A DNA stretch of 64,000 nucleotides from Camelus ferus (lineage: Eukaryota). Below are positions 1-13,790 of the stretch, one piece after another. The notes under the pieces are model-generated. The model was not told the origin of the DNA. It saw only the letters and a program-made list of their open reading frames with translations, and did no database searches. The first letter of the stretch is position 1. The number at the start of each line of letters is the position of its first letter. A program made the position numbers and the translations under genes. Location: assembly GCF_009834535.1 (NCBI RefSeq), contig NC_045697.1:34350001-34414000 (forward strand), read 5' to 3'.

Positions 1-1195
1 TGCAAAATGGAACTCCAACCTTTACTTTAAACCATACGTAAAAATTATCTCAAAATGGATTATAGACTTCAACGTAAGAGCTAAAATTATGAAGCTTCTA
101 GAAAAAAACACAGTAAAAAAAATCCTTGTGACTTTGGGAAGCAAAGAATTCTTGGATATTACAACAAAAGCACAAGCCATAAAAGAAAAAAGTAATAAAT
201 GGTATTTATTGAAGTTAAAAGTATTTGTGCTTCCAAAGATACTACGAAGAAAATGAAGACAAGCCACATGCTGGAAAAAATATTTTCTAATCATGTATCT
301 GATGAAGGACTTATATCCAAAATATATATAGAATTCTGACACTCAATAAGAAGGAAAGCAACCCAATTCCAAACAGGCAAAAGACTTGACTACAAAGTCT
401 TCATGAAAGACATATAAATGGCTGATAAGCACATGAAAAGGTGCTCAATATAATTAGTCACTAAGGACATACAAATAAAACCGCAATGAGATACTATTAC
501 ATATCCCCTAACATAGTTACAATAGAAAAGACAGATAATACCAAGTATTGGCAAGGATGTGAGAAACTGAAACCCTCATATAGTTGGTGCGGATGTAAAA
601 TTATAATGCCCCTTTGGAAAGCAGTCTGGCAGCTTCTTATAAACTTAACTATAACCTCATCATATGATTCATGAATTCTACTCTTAGAAATCTACCAAGA
701 GAAGTGAAATATAAATCCACACAAAGACTTGTGTTTGAATGTTTACAGCAGCATTATTCATAATAGCCAAAGACTAGAAACAATCCAAATGCCCAACAAC
801 TGGGAAATGGATAAGCAAAACGGAGTCTATTCATACAGTGGGATGGTATTCAGCAACTTAAAGTATTAAACTACTGACACATGTGACAGCAGAGATAAAC
901 CTCAGAAACATTATGCTAAGTGAAAGAAACCAGATACAAAGACTACATATTGTGTGACCCATTTATGAAGCTCCTGGAAAAAGCAAACTTACAGAGACAG
1001 ATGTCAGAGCAGTGGTTATCTGGGGCTGGCAATGGGGGAGTGAGGACTGACTTCAAATAGGTAGGAGGGAAATCTGGGGAGGAGATGAAAAGTTCTAGAA
1101 GTGGATTGTGGTGAAGGTTGCATTTTATATATTTACTAAAAATCAATGGATTTATTTTATAGTATGTAAATTATACCCCAGTAATGCTATAAAAT
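1..1195 (+). mobile_element. Old L1 (L1M-type): decayed ORF2 3' part and 3' UTR
   Basis: A-rich L1 ORF2 motifs (ctttggaaagcagtctggcag, cagcattattcataatagccaaa, aatccaaatgcccaacaac) end in atgtaaattatacccc...aaaa. No intact ORF. Confidence 0.9.
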
Positions 1196-1202
1196 GTTTT
1201 AT

Positions 1203-1228
1203 ACACACACACACACACACACACACAC
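1203..1228. repeat. (AC)13 microsatellite
   Basis: Directly visible at the L1 tail. Confidence 0.95.
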
Positions 1229-3288
1229 TCTACCTTTAATAGAAATCAGATTGCTTAAATGTACTTCTTTTCCCTTATTTAAAGTGAATTAAGTTCAAAA
1301 ATAGACTCTTAAGGCTGGAGAGGGCTCATGGAAGATGGGCAGAATTTTAGCAGAGTGGATGCAATGAAAACTTCAGTATGTTTTGAGTAGAGGGAACAGC
1401 AAGGACAAAGGAAAGAGGTGAGAAATGGGGACACATCTGAGGATCAGTCTACTTGGCTGATGAAGACCAAGAATCCAGTGGTCAATAGTCCAGTCTCCTG
1501 AATTCCAACAGATTGTTTCTCTTCAAGCAGAAGGCTGCACCTCATACAACCGGTGATGGGTACCTCTCTACTATAAACATCCTAAACTCTGTAACAACTC
1601 AATATCAAAAGTCTGAGCATTGCTCAGTTAAAATGTTACCACATCAAAATACAATAGTTGTTATTTACATGGATCATAAACTTCTATTTCAAAAAGCATT
1701 CATCTAAAAAGCTACTTAAATACTTTTAGATTCACATCATTTTAGAAATGGAACAAGCCTTGGAGATCATCTGTTCAGCGCCATCATTAAGAGGGTGTGT
1801 ACATGTGCATGCACAAACACGCACGCATGTGTGCACACAAATGCTCACACTCGTGCGCATCCAGAACCTCGTAAGTACTTCTTATTTTTTATTTCCCCCT
1901 GGTTGAATAATTTTCAAATGAGGACAGCTCTCATAAGGGAAAATATAAAGACTAAATAGAGGTCCCAATTTTCACCTTGACAGTACTATTTCCTCCCATT
2001 CAGCAGAGGGTGCTAACTCCCCACCCTGCACCCCACTGCTAACCTGAGCAAACTTGAATCAAAAAAAGGTAATGACTTTGGTTCTCCTGACCAATGAACA
2101 GGGCTGGAGAATCTGTATATCAAGATATATACATTTCCTTGAGAAGTTTTAAGAGATCTTTATAATTTTTTTAAATATTAATCTCCACTACTCTTGTGAG
2201 AAGTTTCGAATCAGCATGCTAGAGTCAGCAATAACCAGGGTCCTCACCTTGACCATCAGTGCAGAAGTACTTGCGCTACCCGAAGGAGGAGGCAGGGTGG
2301 GGGAGCGACGGATTGCAAATATGAATCCATTTTTTTTAAGCAATACAGTTCACTTTTTCTGATGGCAGGACTGGGAATCCAATACTCCTTTTAGAATGTG
2401 ATTAACCTGAGAACACACTAAAAATTTCCAAAGTGTCTCCTCTGTGAGGCCTGTTCTAGGATCCCCAGTAAGCCATCCTAAAACACCTCATTGGAGATGT
2501 TATTAAATTATTTCATAAATGGAGATGACAAGCATTTTTTTAAAAAGCCTCATTATTCACACAGGTGCAGATTCAACTTTCCACTGTTATGACTTACTTG
2601 GTTAGAAGCCATTTTCAGAGGTTAGATACAAAATTAGCTGCATTTGGAAAATAACTTATTACCTCCCTAAGGTCTGTGTAATTAGTAAACACACAAAACC
2701 TTAACCAGAGGCTCTGCATACTCAGAAATACATAGCAAATAACAAAGATCACAGTGCCTCCTTTTATTGGAATAAATGTTTATTTTGTTGTCAGCGCAAT
2801 TTGGGGCCAACAGCTCAAAATCTTCAAAAGTTGCTTGCTGTGATTTTCTTGCTCAATACAAGCATAATTTTGCATAACCTAAGGCAAGTGTTTTTCTCAA
2901 TGCAGACCTTTTTTTTTTCTGAATGAGAGCTTGATACAAAATGTTACTTCTGAAGTTCTTGCATGTTAATATTCATGTCAGTTTGACATCTCACACTATT
3001 AACTTTAATCCCTCAAAATGATCATTAAATTAGAGGAGAGAACTAAGGAACAGAAAGCCTTTTATCAAGAGCTTCATTCAATTTGTTCAGTCCCTCTGAG
3101 TCTATAAACATAATTATATTGACTCCACTCAAGATCCAAGTATGGATGTTCAATTCCACCCAGAAACGCCCTCATTTTGAGATGACCTAAGAGGTTAACC
3201 AGTGTGCCCACAGTTTCCCAGCTTGCTACAGTTACATGGGCTTCTTGACCCACTGAGTTCTTTCAACGCTTGACTTATAGCTCCAAGG

Positions 3289-3500
3289 GAGGATTTCTCA
3301 ACTGTGGTACCACTGGGTGACTCTTTGTTGTGGGGAGCTGCCTTGCACATTGTACAATGTTTAGCAACATCCCTGACCACTGCCCACTAAATGCCAGTAG
3401 CATCCCATCCAACCTCCACAGTTGCTGACAATCAGATAGGTCTCCATACATTGCAGAATGTCTCCTCAGGGGCAAAACTGCCCCCAGTTGAGAGCCACTG
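3289..3500 (-). mobile_element. MER20 hAT-Charlie DNA transposon
   Basis: Reverse complement of the MER20 consensus: ...aggggcaaaactgcccccagttgagagccactg end, tttagcaacatccctgacc, aatgccagtagca. Confidence 0.88.
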
Positions 3501-4309
3501 TTCTGGAACATCCAAACATCACCTCATTCCAAAGCCAGTTTTAATCTGGTCCGTTCCCTCAGGTCTTTCCACACCAGTCCAGCAACCACAGATCATACCC
3601 TCTTGACTCACAGGATCTTTTTATTTGCACAATCTTCTTTTGCTTTGTGATATAGATTATACTGTCCTACAACACTAGATTTAATGACCTCTATGTTTAT
3701 ATGTCATTTCCCTGATGAGACTAAAAGTCTCATGAAGCAAGAAACCACGTCTCAGTAAAGTCTCTCTATTTACTAGGGGTCTAGAACACGCATCACATAT
3801 TGCAGGAATTCAAGACTATTCAATAATTGGATTGATTCTATGTAATCAGACGGCCACCAAACAGAAGTAAATTTTCCAGATGCGTGATGCTTCTTCCATC
3901 AGTGAAGAATGAAATATTTTTATTTATATTAATTTGGTGGAAATCTTTCTAAGTAGCTACTTGCACCCCTGTCTTAATAAAGAGAATATAATAGGTACAG
4001 TCATCTTTAATGACTCTGGAACATTAGTTGGAATATCAATTCTTATTCTGCGCCATTTGGGTTGCCTCCTTTCTGAAATAGCTTCGTGTGGTGGTGCTTT
4101 TAAAAACCGTTGTGCACATTGTAGTGTTTCTGTCTCCTCCACAATGTATCATCTGACCTTTGCTGAGGTAGGGGTGGGGTGAGTTTTGGAGGAGCGGGGC
4201 ACACAGAGAGTAAGATTACCACAATCACAACCATATATCCTAATGCTCTTTGAGGGTTATTGCATGCCGGACACTGGTCTCTGTTCTTGACATCCTGTGA
4301 TCCATTATT

Positions 4310-4480
4310 CTGCACAATTCTAGAGACAGCTAATATTACTTATTATTTTCATTTCACTGATGAGGACACTGAGGCTTAGAGAGATTAAGTAACTTTCCAA
4401 GTTCACAAAGGCAGAAAATTATAAAGAAGAAAGAGGAACCCAGGCAGCCTGACTCAAGACCTCATATTATTAATCACTAT
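4310..4480 (-). mobile_element. MIR SINE
   Basis: Core gatgaggacactgaggcttagagagattaagtaactttccaag...gaacccaggcagcctgactc. Confidence 0.85.
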
Positions 4481-4939
4481 ACTGTGTGATAATTAGTATA
4501 ATTGGTTAACTACTGTAATTTGTTAACTCAGTATAATTAGTTAACCACAGGCGTCAAAAATAAATGAACTAATTTTACCCCAAATTCAGAGCAAATGACT
4601 TCTAAAAGTATTTGACAGTGGTTTACGTGGCATAAAGTGTGTGGATTTTGTGGCAAGTATTTTCCCTGTAACAACTATTCCAGTTTGACTAGAGCTGTTC
4701 CAGGTGCTTGGAAATCTGTCCATGTTACTACTACTTAGGAAGAGATTGATAAACATGATAAGATGAGTTGGGGGTGAAGTCAGTAAGCACTTCCAGATAC
4801 CTGGAGAACTGCTGTAATAGACAAGTATCTTCCTCAGCATAATAGAACATCCAGAATAAACATTTTCCTGACATACAAATGATCGGAATATAATCGTTCA
4901 CTGAATTTGAACATCTATGGACATGGGCGAGTCAAAGGC

Positions 4940-5090
4940 AGCACAGTTTAGGGAAAACAGATTAGGACCCATTCAAGACTGGGCTCAAATCTAGCACTGT
5001 GAACCACTGGCAAATTCATTTCTCACCCTGGGCCTCGGCTCTGCATCTGCACCAAAAGGGATACTTTCTTTGCTAAAAATTAAATCTTGT
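4940..5090 (+). mobile_element. MIR SINE
   Basis: gactgggctcaaatctagcactgtgaaccactggcaaattcatttctcacc...ctcggctctgcatctg. Confidence 0.65.
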
Positions 5091-5461
5091 AGGTAGATGC
5101 TTCCCGCACAGCTGATTAGGGAAGTCACAAATAGCAAATCCCTGCCCTTCCTTCGTTGGAAGGCAGTCCTGCTCTTGTACCCACAGAACCCTCGGAACCT
5201 GGCATATCCTTGTGCTCCCACTGGGAATGCCCAACAAAGCTCCCTTCTTTCCTCAGGAGTAGCTGTGGGCTGTGTTCCCGCTCTGATTTGCATCCACACC
5301 CTAATTCAGACTTACCACTATTCCTTCACTGCAGGGTGGTGACAACGGAAGGGTGGCACCTTCTATAAACAGGCATGCTGAAAGTACTGAATGTTAAAGT
5401 TCAGAGGCTAATGTCCTTGTGAGGTCAGGAGCAATTGCATGCAAAGTTTTCAATGTTTAAC

Positions 5462-5961
5462 TGTAATAGGGAAGAACAAATCTGACTCCATATTAGATCT
5501 ATTCTTTTAGCGCTAACCTTGTGCTTAGTCATGCTGGTTCTGTACCTTTTGTAAAAGAATGTTGCCTATAGCCTGAAATATACAGGACAGCCTATTCTCA
5601 AGGCACTGACCTTTAAGGGTATAACACTTTTCCATTCATATAGAGATAAAAAGTTGCAGAACAGAGAATAACATTTGTCTTATTGGAGGTTTACAGGAAC
5701 ATCATGACCTGACTTATGATGACAGCTGCAAGTACAAAGGATTCCGACACCAAGAAGTTTGCAGCTAACTACACCCCACCTCCCCTTTCCAGTATAAAAG
5801 GAGCCTGAATTCTGACTTGGGGAAGATGGTTCTCTAGGACATTAGTCTGCCTTCTTCTCGGTCTGCTGGCTTTCTGAATAAAGCTGTTATTCCTTGTCCC
5901 AACATCTCCCGATTTATTGGCCTGTCATGCAGCGAGCAGAACAAGTTTGGACTCAGTAACA
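5462..5961 (+). mobile_element. Solo ERV1-class LTR (500 bp)
   Basis: TGT...ACA termini. 4-bp TSD taac (5458-5461 / 5962-5965). TATA-like gtataaaag near 5792. AATAAA at 5877-5882. Confidence 0.9.
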
Positions 5962-7169
5962 TAACTAAGTATTTCCATAAACAAATATTCCGAAGGGATG
6001 TAGTTCTTCAATGAATCAAACCAAATGGCTTTTGAAGTGTGTTTATGTGGAAGGCCCATACCTTCCTTAGGAAACTCTTCTGCTCCTAGGACACTGCTAA
6101 GTACCTTACAGAATAATAATACTTCTTTGTTCAGTCACTGACTAGGAAAGTTTACTTCTTTATATTCAATTTCAACAAATGCAGCAGAAATCTCTTACTA
6201 TTTAAAGTGCAACGCTCAGTGCAACAGAGGAACATAATGATGCAGCCAGTGTTGGCCCAGCACTGGGGGTAGAGGCACATGCAGCATCTGAATATATGGA
6301 CCATAATTGGGAAATAAACAAGAGATCTCCTGTAATTCCCATAAACTGGATGTAAATGCTATTGGACCACTTTAAATTCCCTACTATGGATGCTTTGCAT
6401 GATATTTTCTCCCAACTCCATGGCAATACTCCCTAACATAAATATACCTCCTATAAGACTGATTGTCACGTAAAATCATGTGCCACAGGTTTTTCTGAAG
6501 AGAGAATTCCAAACCATAAAAACAAATATCTTAGTGAAAACATTTCCAGAAAGTATGGGTGACATAATTGAAATTCCACTGGATGCTGGATATTATGCAA
6601 CATAAATAAATGCATGAAAAAATAAATCAAGGTGAGGGTATATATAAACAAGTAACTTTGAGGAAATGCCAAATTAAGATGGAATAGCTTTTTTTAAACT
6701 GCAGGATTTATCAGAACCTTTAATGCATGAGTATGTATTGTAACTCTCTAAGAAGCAGCTCTGACAACATTTCTCAAACTTAGGTTTTTTCCCAAGCATT
6801 TTTCAAGACTCAGGTACTATGGAACACCAGTTTGGGAAACAATGACCCTAAATATTACCATAATACACTGTCTTTCAAAAGTTATGGCAAATAAGCATCC
6901 TAACTCTTCATATGGAAGAAGAGGTGGTCCACCTGGCAAACACAGCAGAGGAATCTTTGAACTGAGCTGAGCTCTTATAAAGCCTTGGCAACTCCAACAG
7001 GGAGTAAAACACAGCTTCTCCCATAGTGACTACTGCTGGTCATATAACCATTAAAAAGCAATTCGAACACAATTGCATATGGTCCTGTTTTGGATGCAGA
7101 TCCTGCAATGTAATCTTGAGGATAATTTTTCTTTTCTATCTGTTGTATCTTGAGATCTGAATATATATT

Positions 7170-7602
7170 CGATAAGGATTCAATGTTTGTATCCTCCCAA
7201 AATGTATATGTTAAAGCTCTAAGCCCCTAACATGACTGTATTTGGGGCCTGTGAGGAGGTAATAAAGGTTAGATGAGGTCCTAAGGGTGGGGCCCTAATT
7301 GAATGGTGTGGGTGCCCTTAAAAGAAGAGGATGAGACACCAGAGGGCACTCGCCTCCCCTCCCCTCCTTTCCCCTTCTCCTCATGTCTCCCTTTCTCTTG
7401 CTCTCCTTCCAAAGAGGTCATGTGAGCACACAGGCAGACAGCAGCTGCCTACAAGCATGGAACAGAACTCTCACCAGAAACTGAACCCTGTTAGACCTTG
7501 ATCTTGGACTTTCCAGCCTCCAGAACTGTGAAAAAATACATTTCTTCTGTTTAAGCTACCCAGTCTGTGGTCTTTTATATGGTGGCTCAAGCAGACAAAT
7601 TC
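7170..7602 (+). mobile_element. MaLR LTR (MLT1A-like)
   Basis: aatgtttgtatcctcccaaaatgtatatgtt...ccttgatcttggactttccagcctccagaactgtga...tttaagctacccagtctgtgg. Confidence 0.9.
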
Positions 7603-8224
7603 AAAATTGGACAAACCATTCTTCAGTCAAAATGACTAATCAAATCAGTGGTGGGTAAACTGAGGATGTTTAAGGCTGAGCTGAATCTACCCATCCATGG
7701 ACTCAAAACAGTCAATGCCATCACGCTCCCCAGGTTTAGAGGAGTATAAAGAAAGAGAGGCTTTGCAGTTTCCATGTCATGATTGTTAAGAATCATGAGG
7801 ATAAAAAAACTTCCTATTCAAAGTATCCTTTTTAAAGAAAGTTGACCTTTATACTCACAAAGCTTTAAAAAACAAAAACAAAAATCTTTCCCCAAACAAA
7901 ATAAACGAAAAGCCTTTTCCTAATTTTAAGATGCTTTATGCAGAAACAATTCAGTCCCTGATTTGTTCCAACGCAGCCTGGAGCTGCTGAGTTCCTTGTG
8001 AAATCAGGCCTGAGAAAGGTGTGCAAACATGCAGCTGTCACCAGGGGCGGGGGAGGGAGAGGGAAGATAAACACATTTGCTCACTTTAGAAAAGCAAATG
8101 AAAAGCAGTCTATGCAAGTGAGTGCTGGTGGCTGTCAGGATTGGACAATGGAGTGGCGCTGGTTTCTAGGGGCCTGAACAGAACCCCTGCGCACCCAGAC
8201 AAGCCCACACCGCCCGGCACGTAC

Positions 8225-8338
8225 TGCAATGAGCCTCGTCACTCCAGTCGTCACAGTCATTGTAGCCGTTACACTGCAGTTTCCTGGGGACACAGATGCC
8301 ACTGGCACACAGAAAGCTCTCACCCCCTCTGCACAGCA
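8225..8338 (-). CDS. CORIN: CORIN internal coding exon (human exon 6 equivalent): LDL-receptor class A repeat 1
   Basis: The minus strand reads T17-atAG | exon | GTACGT. The 114 nt (2+37x3+1) translate as (L)LCRGGESFLCASGICVPRKLQCNGYNDCDDWSDEAHC, with six Cys and the DCxDxSDE calcium motif. This matches recalled human corin LCGRGENFLCASGICIPGKLQCNGYNDCDDWSDEAHC. Phase is compatible with the 49502 exon (c+tg = Leu). The ORF track does not show this frame. Confidence 0.97.
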
Positions 8339-9149
8339 CTATAAAAAAAAAAAAAAAAACAGAAAAAAAATGTCAAAATAAAAGGTTTTTATTTTCTCCT
8401 TTTCAAATTAAGAGAAAAGAAAGAACAGATAGACAATATTCCCTTGCTATTCAACAAATGTGCTTCCGAATCCCCTCAGTTTCACTGACACCCGTTTTTT
8501 CCTTGGACCTTCTAGAGCATTCATCGTAAAATCATCTGGGAAGAATACAAACAGTGTTTGGCTGAGAAAAGCAAAAGAAAATTCACCAATGGGCTTTTGC
8601 AGCACAAGAGAGAGCAGCCCCATCAATTGTATAACATGGGTGGAAAAATACCAAATGGGAAAATTTTTCTTAATAACCGAAAATTATTTGAAAGTGAAAG
8701 GTTATTTATTGAACACACATTAAAAAATCCAAAAACCTTCTCCTTCTATAATGCTATTCATTCTTGCACATGAAAAGTTATAATTAAGAATAGTCCATTG
8801 ACATGTGCTTGAACACAGGCCTAGAGATCCCCATGCCTTGTATTTGAAGTATATTTATTTACTTGCCTTAATAAAAATGTCAGTTAAAAATGTCAGAGTC
8901 TACTTTGGCCTAAGGAATGTGAAATAACAGTAGCTAATAATATTTTCATTCTCTTCCTTAACATGGTTGCATCTGGGTATTCTTTGTTTTAAGTACTACA
9001 TGCTCTTTTTCTTCTCAAGATTCAACAGATATTCAATTGTTTCAAAATTACAGTAGACAAAAAATGTAAGAGAAGAAGCTAGAGAGATTTTACTAAGGGA
9101 ACCATTAATGAAAGGACAAATCAATTCAACAAAACGGGTGCTAAAACAC

Positions 9150-9645
9150 ACTTCAACATTTGGTAACAGGCATCAAATGCCTTTTAACTTTGCATAACCT
9201 TTGACCCAGCAATTTCATTTCTTGGACTTCATGAAAAGAAATCATTATGAACAGGGCAAGGTTTTATATTTAAGGATATTCATACCATCATAGTTTGTAA
9301 CAAGGAAACCATGCAATAGCAACTATGTAATAATAGAAGACTGGTTAAATAAATTTTAAGTAACTCCATAATAAGGAATATTGTTACGGCCATTGAAAAC
9401 TGTATTGTTAAAAATAACATCCTGGGACAAAGTTCAAGATAATTTAAGTGTAAAAACACCATCTGCTTCCAAAAAAGTATAATACAATTTGGCCTAGGAA
9501 GTATATGTAAGGTAACTATGATTATCTCTGGTAATCATATGGTATTAGGATTGAAAGTAATTTTTATTTTCTTCATTGTATTTTCCTCTGTATTTTACAC
9601 ATGTTCTTATAATGATGTCTTTTTAATCAGGAAAAAAAGAAAACT
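9150..9645 (+). mobile_element. Very old L1 3' fragment (L1ME-like)
   Basis: cctttgacccagcaatttcatttcttgga, followed by a typical decayed L1ME 3' end. Confidence 0.7.
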
Positions 9646-11344
9646 AACTTTTTTCATGAGTTCCCAATTCAGAATAATGGTAAATAAATACAACCCTTCA
9701 AAACTTCTCTCCATCTCAGTGGAGCACAGTATATTGCCGCAGTATTTGCCACTGCAAAGAAAAAATGCAGTTAATGGATTATTTTCCAAGGCTATCAAGG
9801 AAATTGGAGTTTTGATTTGCTGAACAGTAAGTTCTAGTCCATTTGGTACGTTCCTTGTGATGCTACTTCATGTGTAATCTTCACAGTGTCAACAATGAAA
9901 GTCTGGTTTTCCATCATATCCCATGATTTCCATATCAATACAAATGGCATCTATGGATTTCAACTGCCAAAATATGAAACACGTTTATGTTTTGTATAGT
10001 CTTAGAGGAGTCAGCCCAGGACTGCACTCCTACAGCTACAGATTGCCTCCTAACGGGTATATACAGAAAACCAGTTAGAAAACGAAAAACTAAAACATTA
10101 AAGATTTTACTGGCCAGTCTATACAATATCCTCTCTCTAGGGTTAAGAGAAAATTTTCAAGGAGTAAGTGTTTATCCTATTGTGAGATTGTTTCTGTATC
10201 ATACTAGAGAGTGCAGAAATTCCATCTGTCTGCATTTTAGCAGCTGCAATGCCTCTGAAGAATTATTGCATTCCCTACACTCTGGCTCTGACGACTCCTT
10301 GGGAAATGTAGCTGAAAGCTCTACGTTAAAGAGCTCCATCCATCTAGGTTTCATCTTTAAGGCCCTATATATCTTACTTCAATAAAGCCATTCTTGTGCA
10401 TAGTTCTATCAAGTCTGGATCAAATTTAAAATATGGCATTGCTTGCATTGTTTTGATTGTCAATACCCCATGTCTTGGCTGATTCAGCAGAAACTGACTT
10501 CTTTTGTGTGGTTCCTCACAGTTGGAGATGTGGCTGCCCAGGGTTTTAGGACATTAAAAATAGTTTCTTTATTCTTATTCTTTCTTTGGAAGTTCTTTGG
10601 AAGTTCATAGGTTCATTAATCAATATTATTCTTATAAAATTAGAGTAGCTGTGCGTGTTCTTTCTGTTGGAGTTCTTCCTGAGTTGTATTCAGAATTCCC
10701 ACTTTAATCTGTGTGAAATTGTTCAACTAGCAAAGCATTTCAGATAGGTCTCATTTAGAAGAGCCCCATAAAGGACACAGGTAGGAATATGACTACAATG
10801 TCTTCAAGGTAAGTGGTAGTTTACAAGTAGAGGAACTAGAGTGTCATGTGATTAAGACAACAATTGCTCCAAGCCACATAGCTAGGAAACAGCGACACCC
10901 ACGGAGCTCCAAGCTCAGTCCTCCACACCATCCCCCCTCCCCATTTCTGGGGCACAGGCAGCGTGGATATGCGCTCAATTCAAGCATACCAGATTCAGGT
11001 AAAAGTTCAAATTCATCCTTATTTTTCTCTCTAAACCAGAGATAAATGTCTGTCCCTCAGGTGAATTGGACCAATGGTGAGACATTCTATGTCAGCTCTT
11101 GGTTTTTTGGAGAACACACTGCGAGAGTTCTTAGCAAGTTTCGGGAGATATTTTTCAACCATAAATTTCACTGTCTTATAATAATCATCTTCCAATAACC
11201 TTTAGATTGTGCCCTTAAGATGACAAAGGGAGATTCCCTGAAGTGAAGTCACGCTAGACAATCTTGACGCCATTTCCAATAACATCATCTATAATTCTAA
11301 GAGGTGTGTATTGGACTTTAATTCAATGGCATATTGATCAGTGA

Positions 11345-11480
11345 AAAGATTCATTCATTCACTGAATAAGTATTTACTATCTACTATGTGGTAGGCATGC
11401 CTCTAGCCATAATTACAGATACAGCAGTAAAGAAAACAAAATTAATTCCCCACCTTCATGTAGCATGTATTCTACTGATC
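11345..11480 (-). mobile_element. L2 3'-end fragment
   Basis: ttcattcattcactgaataagtatttact...ccttcatgtagcatgtattcta. Confidence 0.7.
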
Positions 11481-12334
11481 ATTATCTGATAGATAGTTCT
11501 ACTAATTAAAGATGCTTCTCCACCAAAGTTACTTCCGTTTATTCATGTGACAATTAATGGATATTCATGTGGCAACTAATATCAATGCAAAGACAGCAGC
11601 ATATAAAGGTCTAGCGCCTAAGACACTCGCTTACATGCCCAAATGATGAAGACAACTATGAGCCGCTCGGACTTCAAAATTCCCTGGACTCTGAAGAGCA
11701 TATATCCCTGAGGATGATCAGCTCTTGTCAGTCTTTTTGTCTCTGATAACAGAGTGTTGAAAACACATCCTAGCCTGAACTGGCCCTTAGGTTTCCTGCC
11801 ACTGCTTCCAGCCCTCTTACTTCTCTCTGCCTGTGTATTATGGGCAGCACTTACACTGGCAAATGCTCTCATTACTCTGCTTGTTAACTTTTAGAGGCTT
11901 TTTCAGAAGTTACTCACCAGTCTCTGACTGTATAGAGTCCTCACTCCGCATGCCTTTGAGCCCTCATTTACAATCTAAAGCTCAAGTTCAACTACCTGTG
12001 AAGAGAAGCTCCCCCTGGCTACAGCATCAGCCCCTGTGCCTATACTGAAAGCTTGTCGGCCCTTCTTTCCATGTGCTGCTCAAAATGAAGTTACTGTGAA
12101 CTACTGTCGCTCTTCCCTTTAACAAAGCTATTTGACCAAATGAAAAAGAACGCGTGTAATCTTTTAGCAGCTGATACAAGAACACTTCTTGGAGAGAGTA
12201 TTGCTCAGTATAGAGAAGACCCTTGGGAAAACAGAAATATCTGAAGGGGCGTCTCAGGTTGTTTTCTGAGGAATGGGAGGTGTAACCACTTCCTCCATCT
12301 GCCATATGGAATCAGCAAAGGTTATGTTACTCAC

Positions 12335-13790
12335 TAATTTTTTCACTCATTTCTTTAACCAATTTGGCACTCTTCCAGGAGTTTGAATGCAGAATAGATC
12401 CCCTGCTTTGGGGAAATTATATTCTAGGAAGACAAATAATATCAATGAACAAAACAAATATGAAAATCATTATATATTAGGTCAGAAGATAATAAGTGCT
12501 ATTAAAAAAAAAGGTACAACAGACTAAGAGAGATAGGAGATGTGGGGGTGGGGTAGGACATATTCCCAAAACTAATTAGGGTGCCCGGCCAGGCCTCGTT
12601 GAAAGCTGACATTCAAGCAACAACTTCAAAGGCTGAGGGAGTTAACCAAGTCTCAGGGGAAGATTTCAGTGCAGAGTCAGTGTCAATACAAAGACCTCAA
12701 GGCAGGAACATGGCTGACGGGTGTCAGAAACACCAAGGAGCCCTGTGAGGCTAGCGTAGAGCGAGCAAAGGGATGGGAAAGCAAGTGGTGAGGCAGAGAG
12801 GAAGGGGAGGCCCGACTGTATAGGGCTTTGTAACTTAGACCAAAACAAAGTCATGACAAGGTTTGAGTAAAGAGTAGCATGATTGATCTGACTTATATTT
12901 TCAAGGATCTCTGCCTGTTGCATGTTGAAAATACTCCAGAGAGACAAAGAAAACAGCAGGGTTAACAGTTAGGAGGCTGTCAGAGCAATCCAGAGAGAGC
13001 TGCTGGAGGCCTGGAGAGCAGAGTCTTGGAGGTCCTGAGACATGATTGGATGTATTTCGAAAGTAGAGTCAGGAGGGCCTCGTGGCCCATTAGATGACAG
13101 TTGTGAGAAAAGACAGGAGCCAGTGATGACTTCCAGCCAGAAGCCTAGACCTGCCATGGCTGAGATAGGGAAGGCTACGGGAAGAGCAGGGCTAAGTGGG
13201 GAAAATCAGGACTTATGACTGGGACATGCTGAGTCTGACACAGACGGTAGACACCCAAGTGGAAATGCTGAGTAGACAACCGAGGACGTAAGTTCAAAGT
13301 CCAGGAAAGAGGACAGGACTACAAATATAAACGTATGAGTCATCGAACTTCCATTGAAAGCTGGCGTGCCTGGATGCGGTCCCGAGGGGAATGATCAGTG
13401 AAGAGAGTGAAGAGTGAGGCTTGGGGAGATGGTGAAGAGAAGATGGGGGAGGGCTGAACTCTGAAACTCCACATGCAACCACTGCAGGGAAGAGGGGACG
13501 CCAGCAAAGCAACTGAGGAGTGGCCAGGGTGGTAGGAGGAAACCCAGCAGGTGAGGAAAGGAAAGTGTATCAAAGAAGAGGAAGTGATCAGCTCCACCAG
13601 AAGCTGCTTATGGGTCAGGAAAGATGACACGGAGAAATGGGACGCTGATAAGAGCAGTTTCAATAGAGCAGCAGGGACAAAACTCTGATGGAGTGTATTT
13701 AAGAGAGAACAAGAGGAGAGGAAGTAGCTTAGAACAAAAGGACAACCTCTTTGCTGCAGAAGAGAACAAGTAAATGGGGTAGTAGGTTAC
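12335..13790 (-). mobile_element. Long L2 LINE fragment
   Basis: Purine-rich L2 body motifs (gacattcaagcaacaacttcaaagg, ttcgaaagtagagtcagg, gggacatgctgagtctga, tggtaggaggaaacccag). Confidence 0.85.

Noticed and set aside
6301..6310. CArG boxes (CCATAATTGG here; also 36285-36294 and 41243-41252)
   Set aside because: A handful are expected by chance in 64 kb of AT-rich DNA, and there is no supporting cluster.
8135..8323. ORF-track protein MRAFCVPVAS... overlapping the LDLRA1 exon
   Set aside because: It is a shifted frame. The cysteine-patterned corin frame with matching splice sites explains the region.
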